A stretch of 64,000 bases of DNA, from positions 96,001 to 160,000 of the forward strand of contig JBEKDF010000002.1 in assembly GCA_050014495.1 (NCBI GenBank). The letters are read 5' to 3'. Every line of letters starts with the position of its first letter. Within the stretch, counting starts at the first letter, position 1. The notes under the pieces were generated by a model. It worked only from the letters and a program-made list of their open reading frames with translations, was not told where the DNA came from and ran no database searches. Below are positions 48,057 through 57,849 of the stretch, piece after piece. The position numbers and the translations under genes are program-made. Source of the DNA: Candidatus Bathyarchaeia archaeon (GTDB lineage Archaea; Thermoproteota; Bathyarchaeia; TCS64).

Positions 48057-48401
48057 CTAACTCTTCTTCAGAGGGATTTCACCCTGTTTAACTGGTTTCC
48101 TCTCAACCTTGAAAGTTACAGGGCGTTCTGAGTCGGGGCAGCTGAAGTACTTTATCTTATCTATGTAGTCCCAGGGCTCTGTGACGTTTCTCTCCATCGC
48201 GGATGTGAGGGGGAGAATGGCGCTGAAGGCTGCTAAGCAGACGCTGTCGGTCTCCTCGAGGACAAGTCTTCCGGGGTTGCTAGTGATGGTTATCTTGTCA
48301 CCGACCTTGTATATCTTGCATGGTCCCTTAACATGCGTTGGACCCCCGTCAATGCTCTTCGGATCTTGTACGTCGACGACTGTGAAAACTACCTTGTACA
48401 T
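48057..48401 (-). CDS. TIGR04076-like small Cys-containing protein
   Basis: CKIYKVGD...VCLAAF...CPD...VTFKVER pattern. Confidence 0.7.
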   Translation of the reverse strand: MYKVVFTVVDVQDPKSIDGGPTHVKGPCKIYKVGDKITITSNPGRLVLEETDSVCLAAFSAILPLTSAMERNVTEPWDYIDKIKYFSCPDSERPVTFKVERKPVKQGEIPLKKS

Positions 48402-48439
48402 TACTATCTCACATCCCTGAGATTCAACGCGTAAAAGAA

Positions 48440-49237
48440 TTAGCCTCCCCTATATACCCCCCAGAAGTGGCGGACGTTGACGTCTTCCGGACTATCAGTA
48501 CCATGCGCGCCTTTGCCTGTGTCTGGGTCAATATGAGTGCCGTGGTCGGGTGTGAATGCGACGACCCTATTCGAAGACTTGTACCTCGCGTTAAAGGCCG
48601 AGGCCAGAGTCTCAAAGCTTCTCAGGTGCCGCTTAAATGCTTCTATAGCATTCGGGTCCCTCGGCGTCGAGGCATGCATAAGATCATCATACTCCTGGTG
48701 GTAAACGAGGATGAAGTCGTAGTCAGCGACATCGAGTATCTTCAGGGTGCTCGCCTCGACCTGCGGGTCATACTCCTCGGTGAAATAGTCAATCTTACGA
48801 TTCCTGAAGACAAGATCAATGCTACTATTCTTTACGGCAATGATCGCAGCCTCCTTTCCCTCCCTAAGGAGGGCGTCAAATATTGTGTCACAGGTAAGTA
48901 CAGGTTTCTCATACTTTCGTATCCCATGAACCTCTGGTTGCGCTCCCGTGAACATGCTACTAAAACATACAGGCGTATAGGTTGGGAGAACCGACTTCAT
49001 TTCAACCTCTATTGGAGCAGCCTTCTCAACTCCAGCGAAGAGATTCGCATAGTCTCGGCGGATGCCGAGACCAATGGCATCTGGAGCGTACACTAGGGCC
49101 TTCTCGGCAAGTCCACCCCTGAGTATCTTGGAAGCGTATGAGACAACCACGTCTATAGTCGGTGCAGTTGACTCAATCGGGGCTTTGATGCCCATCAAGG
49201 AGCAGATCGTCGGTGTGACCGAGGTTATGCTGTACAT
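48440..49237 (-). CDS. Alkaline phosphatase superfamily protein
   Basis: PDAIG, PTYTPVCFSSMFTG, YDDLMH, TPDHG metal-binding motifs. Confidence 0.82.
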   Translation of the reverse strand: MYSITSVTPTICSLMGIKAPIESTAPTIDVVVSYASKILRGGLAEKALVYAPDAIGLGIRRDYANLFAGVEKAAPIEVEMKSVLPTYTPVCFSSMFTGAQPEVHGIRKYEKPVLTCDTIFDALLREGKEAAIIAVKNSSIDLVFRNRKIDYFTEEYDPQVEASTLKILDVADYDFILVYHQEYDDLMHASTPRDPNAIEAFKRHLRSFETLASAFNARYKSSNRVVAFTPDHGTHIDPDTGKGAHGTDSPEDVNVRHFWGVYRGG

Positions 49238-49304
49238 GGCCCCAATTAATCTCAGATGGTAAAAATACTTTACTTGTAAAGAGGGTTAAAAGAGGAAGAG
49301 TCGA

Positions 49305-50159
49305 CTACTCGATGAGGTAGACGATGTTAAGCGTCACTGATACGCTCAGGTTCCCAGACAGAACCGGTGTTGAAGGCGTCAAGGCTCCGGCCCCGGCGGT
49401 GACTGAGCTTCTATAGTCAAGCACGGGGTAGTATCCACTCTCACTCACACTCTGGACTCCCGCGATATGTATGCCCAATCCGTTGGTTATCACGTCGCTC
49501 TTTGCCTTCGCGTCTGCTATGGCAGCAGTGTACGCCTGGAGCTTTATGGCGGAAGCGGTTTCGTCGGTGATTCCGAAGCTGATCGAGTCAACCCTGTTGG
49601 CACCAGCGGAGGTCGCAGCATCAATGGCTGGGCCTACCTTAGAGAGATCCTTGATTTTGATCTGTATCATGTTCGTGACTTGGTACCCGATCACCTGGTG
49701 GATGTCGTAGTTGTAGTTGGGATTCACGGTGTACGTTGTGGTCTGAATGTCATCATTGGTGAATCCGAGCTGCTTTAGGGCGGCGATTACAGCAGTCATT
49801 GTTGCGGCGTTCTGGTCGATGGCTGTGCTCGCGAGCTTGTCCTCGCTGTATACGCCGAGGGAGACAGTCGCTTGATTGGCCTTAACATATATGACACCAG
49901 TGCCTGAGATGGTCAGTGTTTTAGGGTTTGTTCCCGTGTCTGTGGCGGTGACTGAGCTGAATCCTGTAGCCCCGACGGAGGGTGGCACACCTGTTGATGA
50001 AACTGGTTGGTTAACTTCGGCGATCGTACCTGGTTTATACGCGATTATCATTCCTGCTAGAAGAATGGATGCACATACTGCCAGAATTGTCGCGGCTTGT
50101 CTCGTCTTATCCATAATCATTACCGATAGGAAGACCTCTCGCGGACCTATTATACCCAT
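49305..50159 (-). CDS. SIMPL (DUF541) domain secreted protein
   Basis: Signal helix; TISGTG, IQTTTYTVNPNY, GYQVTN, AGANRVDSISF, AIADAKAK. The true start may be further downstream (MDKTRQ). Confidence 0.88.
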   Translation of the reverse strand: MGIIGPREVFLSVMIMDKTRQAATILAVCASILLAGMIIAYKPGTIAEVNQPVSSTGVPPSVGATGFSSVTATDTGTNPKTLTISGTGVIYVKANQATVSLGVYSEDKLASTAIDQNAATMTAVIAALKQLGFTNDDIQTTTYTVNPNYNYDIHQVIGYQVTNMIQIKIKDLSKVGPAIDAATSAGANRVDSISFGITDETASAIKLQAYTAAIADAKAKSDVITNGLGIHIAGVQSVSESGYYPVLDYRSSVTAGAGALTPSTPVLSGNLSVSVTLNIVYLIE

Positions 50160-50203
50160 AGATTAGAACGGGTGTACGAAATAGTAGAACAGGGGTTTAG
50201 GGA

Positions 50204-51727
50204 TTATACCTTGAAGGGGGGTATGTGCCACTCCCTACCCCTCTGGGTTGTGATGTATTCAGGCCATGGCAGATCAACAGGGGGCTCCATATCGGGTGAT
50301 AGGAGGGGCTTCTCAAGATACTTGGCTGTCCTCTCTTTCCATTCGTCTTTGCAGGCATTCAACCTATTGGGCTCGGTTACTAAATCAATCATCGTTCCAC
50401 TGATAGCTTTCCCCGCGGTGTTGATACTCTTGTCTATGACCCCCTTCATGCCGCAGAGTGCGTATCTTGTCCAGGCGGGGAGCCTCACCCCAGGGATGCT
50501 GACGCTTGGGACATAAACCTGTATCCACACCGTTGGGCAGTGCCAGGTGAACTCGACATAGTCGTCGCTCCCGTTATGTGTTTGGTGGTTGGGGATGGGT
50601 CTCCGCCACATTCTCTCCCACTCGTCAGGTGGTGTGAGTTCCTCGTTGTATGGTTCCTGGGGCGGCTTGTAGCCTAGCTTCCACACTATCTCACGAGCCT
50701 TCTCTTTGTCGTCCTCCGAGAATTTTGGGGCTCCGATTAGCTCAAGGTTCTCGTATGCGAGGTCTGCAAGGGCCTTGTTGAAGAGCCCGGTTCGGGTCTT
50801 TGCGACCCATTTTATCCCCAGCTTACATCCAGTGACTTTCGCTACCGACTCGGCGTTGTTGAGGAGCACCTTGTATATTTGCTCCTGTTGCAGGAGGCTA
50901 GGGCTTCTGAAGGCATAGGTGATCACCCCCACTCTCGGCGGCAGGTTGTCCGCTGTGGCCTGACCTGCGACGAGGATGGCCTCATTTATGGTCCATAGAC
51001 CGGTGCGTGGGAGCATACTCTCTTTAGTGTACTTAGTGGTCGTGTACATGAGGCAGACAGCGTCCAATGCCCCTGGTGCACGAGTCTGTGAAGGGAGATC
51101 GGGGGCATAGCTCATCCAGTTCTCGGGTTCATCGCAGTCGAATATGAAGGCGACGCACCAATAGCTCCCCCACTGGGTCTCATACATGACCGTCGTAGAA
51201 CCCCTGGGGTGCCAAGCGACAGTAGCATCGAGTCCATCAAAGTAACCCCTCGCCGCCTCATAGGGCTTGGAGATGCATATCTTCTCCCCGGGGGCACCGA
51301 ATATCTTTATGGTGCCCTTGAGACCGTGCTTCTCCATCGCACGCTTAGTAGCGTGTGCACCAGCTGCGGCCGCGACGCCAAGTGCGCTGTGGGGGTCTGT
51401 GTGCCCCGCCTGCCACGGATTATCCGTTTCACGATGGGTAACGGGCTCCTGCGCGGTCTCAGGCACCGCATCGTACTCAGTGTAAGTGCTGATGATAGGT
51501 CTGCCTCTCCCCCATCTTGCGAGGTAGGCTGTGGGCATCCCAGCGATTCCCTCCTCTACCTCGAAGCCTTCATCTCGGTGCCACCTCACAAGTGCGTCGT
51601 AGCTCTTATACTCCCGCAGAGCTGGCTCAGCGTACCTCCAGATCAACTGATGAAAATCACTGATCTTCTCCGAGTTCTCCTCGAAGTATTCGAAAGCCGT
51701 CTTCTTCTCCTTAGTCAGCTTCGCCAT
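50204..51727 (-). CDS. M20 amidohydrolase, divergent AbgB-like subfamily
   Basis: GMPTAY, EYDAVP, GHTDPH (in place of GHGCGH), GSDDYVEFTWHCPT. Confidence 0.82.
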   Translation of the reverse strand: MAKLTKEKKTAFEYFEENSEKISDFHQLIWRYAEPALREYKSYDALVRWHRDEGFEVEEGIAGMPTAYLARWGRGRPIISTYTEYDAVPETAQEPVTHRETDNPWQAGHTDPHSALGVAAAAGAHATKRAMEKHGLKGTIKIFGAPGEKICISKPYEAARGYFDGLDATVAWHPRGSTTVMYETQWGSYWCVAFIFDCDEPENWMSYAPDLPSQTRAPGALDAVCLMYTTTKYTKESMLPRTGLWTINEAILVAGQATADNLPPRVGVITYAFRSPSLLQQEQIYKVLLNNAESVAKVTGCKLGIKWVAKTRTGLFNKALADLAYENLELIGAPKFSEDDKEKAREIVWKLGYKPPQEPYNEELTPPDEWERMWRRPIPNHQTHNGSDDYVEFTWHCPTVWIQVYVPSVSIPGVRLPAWTRYALCGMKGVIDKSINTAGKAISGTMIDLVTEPNRLNACKDEWKERTAKYLEKPLLSPDMEPPVDLPWPEYITTQRGREWHIPPFKV

Positions 51728-51825
51728 GATAAGTCGTAGAAAATAAACTCCAAGTCTTTATAACATGTAGGCATACCAAGAATCTCTTGTTCCACTGGGT
51801 TGTAGAAGTAAAATAAAGGAGAGTT

Positions 51826-52197
51826 CTACTTGACCTTCTTTATGGCTTCCTTGGTCTCTGCTGGGAAGTCACGCATAAGATTCTTGAGGACTACCTCGGC
51901 CACATACTGCTTGAACTGGGCCTCATCGAGCTTCGTGGAATAGATGCGGCGATGTCCACCCTTACCAGTTATCTCAGTGTAGTTGAGCACTCCCTCGTCA
52001 ACCATAGCATTAAGGAAGTTGATTATGGAAGCTCGACTGATACTCCTCGTCTTAAGGGTCTTATTCACCATGCTCCAGACATCCCGAGAGCTAGCGCCCT
52101 CCCCCTTCTTCCCCCAAATGTAGTGGAGCGCCTCCTCTTGGTAGTCCTTAAGCACCATGGCAAGACCGTTTCCGGCGGTATCAATAGTTAGTGTCAA
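51826..52197 (-). CDS. Winged-helix transcriptional regulator (BlaI/CopY-like)
   Basis: ASSRDVW...SISRASIINFLNAMVDEGVL...GKGGHRRIY. Confidence 0.75.
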   Translation of the reverse strand: MTLTIDTAGNGLAMVLKDYQEEALHYIWGKKGEGASSRDVWSMVNKTLKTRSISRASIINFLNAMVDEGVLNYTEITGKGGHRRIYSTKLDEAQFKQYVAEVVLKNLMRDFPAETKEAIKKVK

Positions 52198-52310
52198 TTC
52201 TTATTCACTTGCTTGACGGTAATCCGAGTATGTCCGATAATATAAACATTAACTTTTCTTTAATTGCTCACGCCCATTAACTCGATAAGGTTTAAATATT
52301 TATGTCCCAT

Positions 52311-52334
52311 TTTTCATATGAAAAGATTTTCATA
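52311..52334. promoter_or_regulatory. Inverted-repeat operator upstream of the ArsR-hcp genes
   Basis: TATGAAAA-GA-TTTTCATA (52317-52334) overlaps a second palindrome TTTTCATATGAAAA (52311-52324), just downstream of TATA box TTTAAATA (52291-52298). Confidence 0.7.
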
Positions 52335-52344
52335 CGTGATCTGA

Positions 52345-52662
52345 ATGAAGAAAGGACTCTCGGAGATATGCTATGGATTTTTCTCCACTCTAGCAAATCC
52401 AACTCGCCTCTCGATTCTTGAGAAACTTAGGGCCAATCCAATGAATGTCACTAGCCTCGCCGATGCCATTGGACAGGAGCAGAGCATGGTCAGCCATAAC
52501 CTGAAGGCTCTCGAAAGGTGTAACCTGATTCACGGCGAGCGGAAGGGGAAGGAGAAGATTTACAGCATCAACACCGAGACCGTCGAGGGATTATTCAGGG
52601 TCGTGGAGAACCATGCAGCGAATCACTGCCCATTCCACGGATCCTGTGCGGACTCAAAGTAA
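52345..52662 (+). CDS. ArsR/SmtB family transcriptional regulator
   Basis: LANPTRLSIL, QSMVSHNLKAL, RKGKEKIYS; C-terminal HCPFHGSC. Confidence 0.92.
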   Translation: MKKGLSEICYGFFSTLANPTRLSILEKLRANPMNVTSLADAIGQEQSMVSHNLKALERCNLIHGERKGKEKIYSINTETVEGLFRVVENHAANHCPFHGSCADSK

Positions 52663-52676
52663 AGAGTGAATAAACT

Positions 52677-54335
52677 ATGCATGAATCTAATGCTGAGATA
52701 GTGAAAGCCCCCGAGTTCCCAATGTTCTGTTTCCAGTGCGAGCAGACGGCTCAGGGGAGAGCATGTACCCAGATTGGTGTATGCGGTAAGAATCCGGAAG
52801 TGGCGGCCCTGCAGGACCTCCTAATTTACTCCCTTAAGGGATTGTCAATAGTAGCCTCCGAGGGGCGTAAGAGGGGCATATACGACAGGGAGATCGATAG
52901 GTTCGTCTGTGAGGCCGCATTCTCCACTCTTACAAACGTTAACTTTGACCCCGAGAGAATCGCGGGTCTCGTAAGGAAGACTATTACCTACCGAGATAGA
53001 TTGAACAAGCTTGTTAAGGTGAAACTTCCGGACGAAGTGGTGAATTTTGTCCCATCCGACGACATAGTTGAGATGGTGGAACAGGGAGAGAAGGTCGGTA
53101 TCAAGGCGGAGCCGGACGCGGGCAGTGATGTCCATAGCCTGCGTTGGACGCTCATCTACGGGCTTAAGGGTATATGCGCCTACGCTGATCACGCCGCCAT
53201 ACTCGGGAAGGAGGATGAGGGTCTATATGCCTTCATTGAGAGAGGCTTTGCAGCAGCGGCCAACTCTTCACTGGGGTTAAACGATTACCTTGGCCTTGTC
53301 ATGGAAACTGGGAAGATGAACCTCCGTGCAATGGAGTTGCTCGATGCCGCTAATACAGGTGTGTATGGCAATCCCGTTCCCACCACCGTGCCTCTCGGCC
53401 ATAAGAAGGGCAAGGCGATCCTAGTGTCAGGGCACGACTTGAGGGACTTGGAGCTCTTGCTCCAGCAGACGGAGGGGAAGGGCGTCTATGTCTACACTCA
53501 CAGCGAGATGCTGCCCACTCATGGTTATCCGAATCTGAAGAAGTACAAACACTTCTACGGTCACTATGGCACTGCTTGGCAGAACCAGATAAAGGAGTTT
53601 TACACGTTCCCAGGCGCTATTCTCATGACGACGAACTGCATTCAGCGCCCAGCCCCTGCATACAGCGCCAACATATTCACAACGGGGTTAGTTGGATGGC
53701 CCGGCGTCACTCACATCGCTGATAAGAACTTCACACCCGTAATCAAGAGGGCCCTCGAGCTTCAAGGCTTCCAGGAGGATAAGGAAGCGGGAACTGTGAC
53801 TGTGGGCTTTGGACACGAGGCCGTCATGAGTGTCGCCCCCAAGATCATAGAGCTGATAAAGGCCAAGAAAATTAGACACTTCTTCCTCGTCGCGGGCTGC
53901 GACGGAGCAAAGCTGGGGCGTAACTATTACACTGAGTTCGTTGAGAAGGTTCCCAAGGACTGCGTGGTCCTAACCCTCGCATGCGGTAAGTTCAGATTCT
54001 TCGACAAGGATCTCGGCAGTATCGACGGGATACCGAGGCTCCTCGACATAGGGCAGTGTAATGATGCCTACTCCGCGATCCAGATCGCGATTGCTTTGAG
54101 CAAAGCCTTCGGCGTCGGCGTCAATGATCTCCCTCTTAGCATGATCCTCAGTTGGTATGAGCAGAAGGCGGTGGCGATCCTCTTGACACTTCTGAGTCTA
54201 GGAATAAGGAACATACGTCTTGGACCAAGCCTCCCCGCATTCCTCACACCGAACGTCCTCAAGGTGCTTGTGGACAATTACAACATCATGCCCATCTCTA
54301 CCCCAGACGCTGACTTGAAGGCCATCCTCGGATAG
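52677..54335 (+). CDS. hcp: Hybrid cluster protein (hydroxylamine reductase)
   Basis: MFCFQCEQT...C...GVCGK, SGHDL, YTHSEMLP, TTNC, GCDG, LACGK, GQCND, SWYEQKA. Confidence 0.97.
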   Translation: MHESNAEIVKAPEFPMFCFQCEQTAQGRACTQIGVCGKNPEVAALQDLLIYSLKGLSIVASEGRKRGIYDREIDRFVCEAAFSTLTNVNFDPERIAGLVRKTITYRDRLNKLVKVKLPDEVVNFVPSDDIVEMVEQGEKVGIKAEPDAGSDVHSLRWTLIYGLKGICAYADHAAILGKEDEGLYAFIERGFAAAANSSLGLNDYLGLVMETGKMNLRAMELLDAANTGVYGNPVPTTVPLGHKKGKAILVSGHDLRDLELLLQQTEGKGVYVYTHSEMLPTHGYPNLKKYKHFYGHYGTAWQNQIKEFYTFPGAILMTTNCIQRPAPAYSANIFTTGLVGWPGVTHIADKNFTPVIKRALELQGFQEDKEAGTVTVGFGHEAVMSVAPKIIELIKAKKIRHFFLVAGCDGAKLGRNYYTEFVEKVPKDCVVLTLACGKFRFFDKDLGSIDGIPRLLDIGQCNDAYSAIQIAIALSKAFGVGVNDLPLSMILSWYEQKAVAILLTLLSLGIRNIRLGPSLPAFLTPNVLKVLVDNYNIMPISTPDADLKAILG

Positions 54336-54421
54336 ACTTAGATAATAATACTTAATCAAACGGAACCCGTGAAAGCACTCTAGCGTTTATCTTTCACGCT
54401 TCACTTTTCCAGACGATTCAG

Positions 54422-54871
54422 ATGACTGAGATAAAGGTGGGGGGTGTAGTCCCTGACTTCACCTTGCCTGATCAGGATGGTAAGCCGTTGACGCTCTCCT
54501 CCTTCAGGGGGAAGGTCGTCGTCCTCTATTTCTACCCTAAGGACTTCACATCGGGATGCACAAAGGAGGCATGCCACTTCAGGGACGCTTATGAGGACTT
54601 CACCGAAGCGGGGGCTGTGGTCATCGGCGTTAGTGGAGATAGCCCGGAGTCCCACAGAAGGTTCAGGGACACTAACCTACTCCCATTCTCCTTGCTAAGT
54701 GACCAGAAAGGAGAGGTTAAGAAGCTGTACGGGGTCTCTGGCCATTTGCTCCCAGCGAGGATCACCTTCGTCATCGATAAGGCTGGCGTGGTCCGCAATG
54801 TATTCAGCTCAAAAATAGATATGAAAGCCCACGTCGACGAGGCGATGAAGACCCTGAAGACGCTGAGCTAG
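54422..54871 (+). CDS. bcp: Peroxiredoxin Bcp/PrxQ
   Basis: [21 protein letters not shown]. Confidence 0.93.
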   Translation: MTEIKVGGVVPDFTLPDQDGKPLTLSSFRGKVVVLYFYPKDFTSGCTKEACHFRDAYEDFTEAGAVVIGVSGDSPESHRRFRDTNLLPFSLLSDQKGEVKKLYGVSGHLLPARITFVIDKAGVVRNVFSSKIDMKAHVDEAMKTLKTLS

Positions 54872-55293
54872 GTATCAAAAACTACCCTGACGACCCATTC
54901 GCCAACCTTATTCTCAATGCTCATCATATGGTATGTTACAGCCTTTACCGCTATGCCAACCTCATGGGTCGCGGCGGAGAAGCGTTCCCCCCACCCTTCA
55001 GCCCTTGCCCTCAGGCTCTTCTCGTCTATCTCAACACTTAGCCTCTTCGCGGTTAGCCCCTCGGAATCGTTACGGTAGAGCAACTCGTCTAAGAGGTTGA
55101 AGATGAGGCTCTGAAGGTCAATACCCCCCACCTCTACCGAGTAGATTTCCTTCTCTCTTATCCCTTCGAGGGGGGTGATAGCGTTTAGCATCCCTAGAGC
55201 CACGTTTGCCACGGCCTCGGATAGGGTCTTTCCCCTCCCTTCGACCAATAGATCTCCGGGCGGACCCCCTGGCGGATAGCTGTATCCAGACAT
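54868..55293 (-). CDS. Archease
   Basis: GKTLSEA, LLDELLY, WGERF, VKAVTYH, terminal VVFDT; atypical N-terminus. Confidence 0.85.
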   Translation of the reverse strand: MSGYSYPPGGPPGDLLVEGRGKTLSEAVANVALGMLNAITPLEGIREKEIYSVEVGGIDLQSLIFNLLDELLYRNDSEGLTAKRLSVEIDEKSLRARAEGWGERFSAATHEVGIAVKAVTYHMMSIENKVGEWVVRVVFDT

Positions 55294-55294
55294 T

Positions 55295-56851
55295 TTACTC
55301 CCACTCTATGGTGCTCGGAGGCTTGTTGGTGATGTCGTAGACGACTCGGGTGACCTGGGGAATGCTGTTGGTTATGCCATTGCTTATTCGTTCAAGGAGA
55401 TCCCATGGTACGCGTGTGAAGTTGGCGGTCATGGCGTCGACGCTATCTACGACTCGGACCGCGATAGTCCACCCGTAGGCTCGCTCATCCCCTTTCACAC
55501 CCGTGCTCTTCGTGTCGGTGAGGACAGCGAAGTACTGCCACGGGAGGCCCGCTATCTCGGACCCCTCTACCTCCCTCGTCACGACAGCGTCTGCTCTGCG
55601 TAGGGCCTCAGCCTTCTCCTCCGTAACCTCCCCCACTATACGGACAGCGAGCCCCGGGCCAGGGAATGGCTGTCGCCAGACGAGCTCCCTCGGGAGACCG
55701 AGCTTCGCACCTAGAACCCTAACCTCGTCCTTATAGAGGTCCTTAAGTGGCTCAACTATCCCTTTAAACTCCATATGCAGGGGGAGACCGCCGACGTTGT
55801 GGTGAGTCTTAATTGTGTCAGCGTGGCGAGTTATCCCCGACTCGATTCTATCGGGATAGATAGTGCCTTGAACGAGAAACTCAGCGCCAAAATCACGGGC
55901 CTCCTCCTCGAAGACCCTGATGAACTCCTCCCCTATGATCTTCCTCTTTGTCTCCGGGTCGACGACGCCCTTAAGCCTATTGAAGAACCTGTCCTTCGCA
56001 TCGACGATCTTCACATTGACACCTATGCGCTCCATCGCCTCCTTAACCTGCTCGGATTCGCCCATGCGCATGAGACCGTGGTCAACATGGACTGCAATTA
56101 TGCGGTCGCCTAGGGCTCTCCCAACGATGGCCGCAGCGACGCTTGAGTCTACACCACCACTTAGGGCTATGACTGCCTTCCCGCCTCCGACTTGGGCCTT
56201 AACAGTCTTTATACCCTCCTCAACCGCATCCGTGGGATGCCAGTTGGGCTTGCATTTGCAAATGTCGAAGACGAAATTGTGTAGCATACGGTCTCCATGG
56301 ACCGTGTGTTTGACCTCAGGGTGCCACTGCAGGCCATATATTCCTTTCTCAGGGTTACTGAAGGCTGCGACAGGAGCGGAGTCAGTGTGCGCTAGTACCC
56401 TGAAGCAGCTTGGCATGCTATAAACTGTGTCGCCGTGGCTCATCCAAACGGGTTCCTCGATCTCCATTCCTTCAAGTATCCCCTCTGCCCTCTCTATGTA
56501 AGCGGTCCTTGAACCATACTCCTTGACCTCCCCCTTCCGAACATCGCCCCTGTGAATCTGGGCAAGGAGCTGATGACCGTAGCAGAGGCCGAGGACAGGG
56601 ACACCGAGGTCAAGAATCCTCTCATCCAGCCTCAGTGAGTCCCTAGCGTTTACGCTGCTGGGGCTCCCGGAGAGAATGATCCCCTTAACACTCATCACTT
56701 TATTCAGGCCCTTGACATCCTCAACATTTGCGTCGCTGGGCAGAATCTCTGAGTAGACACTCATTTCCCTGACTCTTCGGGCGATAAGGTGACAATACTG
56801 GCCACCGAAATCGAAGATCACGATCCCGTCTGGAAGCAGATCGGGGGACAT
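55295..56851 (-). CDS. guaA: GMP synthase, fused glutaminase and synthetase domains
   Basis: DFGGQY, GLCYGHQ, QWHPEV, SGGVDS, IKTHHNVGGLP, PFPGPGLAVR, KPPSTIEWE. Confidence 0.97.
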   Translation of the reverse strand: MSPDLLPDGIVIFDFGGQYCHLIARRVREMSVYSEILPSDANVEDVKGLNKVMSVKGIILSGSPSSVNARDSLRLDERILDLGVPVLGLCYGHQLLAQIHRGDVRKGEVKEYGSRTAYIERAEGILEGMEIEEPVWMSHGDTVYSMPSCFRVLAHTDSAPVAAFSNPEKGIYGLQWHPEVKHTVHGDRMLHNFVFDICKCKPNWHPTDAVEEGIKTVKAQVGGGKAVIALSGGVDSSVAAAIVGRALGDRIIAVHVDHGLMRMGESEQVKEAMERIGVNVKIVDAKDRFFNRLKGVVDPETKRKIIGEEFIRVFEEEARDFGAEFLVQGTIYPDRIESGITRHADTIKTHHNVGGLPLHMEFKGIVEPLKDLYKDEVRVLGAKLGLPRELVWRQPFPGPGLAVRIVGEVTEEKAEALRRADAVVTREVEGSEIAGLPWQYFAVLTDTKSTGVKGDERAYGWTIAVRVVDSVDAMTANFTRVPWDLLERISNGITNSIPQVTRVVYDITNKPPSTIEWE

Positions 56852-56914
56852 TGATCAACACAACCCCAATGTCTCTATATGGGTTTTGTTGCACTGATTT
56901 GCAAGAAGCGCTAG

Positions 56915-57739
56915 TTACTTCGCGTACGCCTCTACAAGGTCCCTCGCCGTGATGATGCCGACCAGCTCCTCTTCCTCCACTAGTGGGAGCCTCCGGATGT
57001 GCTTATCCGCCATGATGTAGGCTGCCTCATAAACACTGATCCAGGCCGGGGCGACGATTAGAGGTGTGGACGCGTAGTTTTTCACCGAGGCTTCGAGGGA
57101 TTTTCCCTCCTTTAGGAAAGTTGTTAGGAGGTCCCGCTCAGTAAATATACCCTTAGGCTTACCACCCGAAGAGACGATGACACTTCCGATCCTTTCTTTT
57201 CCCATCGTGACAGCGATATCTGCTACAGACGCTTCCTCGTCCACAGTTATTACATCTGGCGTCATGTAATCTTCAACTTTAACCAGCGTCTCAGGCACAT
57301 CGGGCAGACTCCGAATGAAGTCAGAGGCCGATACTATTCCCACAAGCTTCTCCTTCTCCATTACGCCGAGTCTACCCTTCCTCTTCATCATGATTCTTGC
57401 CGCATCCTTGATGGGAGCATCGGATCCTATAGTAAGCAGTGGCCATGACATCGCGGCACCGACCTTCGACTTCGCAGGATCCCTCCTTATGGCGAGGATA
57501 CCACTGAGCAGGTCCCTCTCGGTCACGATCCCCTTCGGTATAGTGTCCTGTACAACGACGAGGCTCCCGATGTGCTTCTCACCCATAATGAGTGCCGCAT
57601 CAGCCATTGTCTTATCCTCTGTGATTGTGATGACCCTGGGTGTCATTATGTCTCTTACAAGGCGGAATTTCTTCATCTGCTCGTACGCCCTATCATAGAT
57701 TCCCGGGAACTCTCTCCTCAGGTCCTTGGGGTACTCCAA
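56915..57739 (-). CDS. CBS domain protein (4 CBS)
   Basis: Repeated GIVTERD / GIFTERD / GIITARD CBS motifs. Confidence 0.9.
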   Translation of the reverse strand: MEYPKDLRREFPGIYDRAYEQMKKFRLVRDIMTPRVITITEDKTMADAALIMGEKHIGSLVVVQDTIPKGIVTERDLLSGILAIRRDPAKSKVGAAMSWPLLTIGSDAPIKDAARIMMKRKGRLGVMEKEKLVGIVSASDFIRSLPDVPETLVKVEDYMTPDVITVDEEASVADIAVTMGKERIGSVIVSSGGKPKGIFTERDLLTTFLKEGKSLEASVKNYASTPLIVAPAWISVYEAAYIMADKHIRRLPLVEEEELVGIITARDLVEAYAK

Positions 57740-57849
57740 TCACATCACCAAATAAGCCTCTGAATCTGTGTTGATATCTGTAACGGTCAGCTATAATATC
57801 GGCCAATAGTGGGATTAGGTCTTTAACAGAGGTGGGTTGTGGTCTTACC

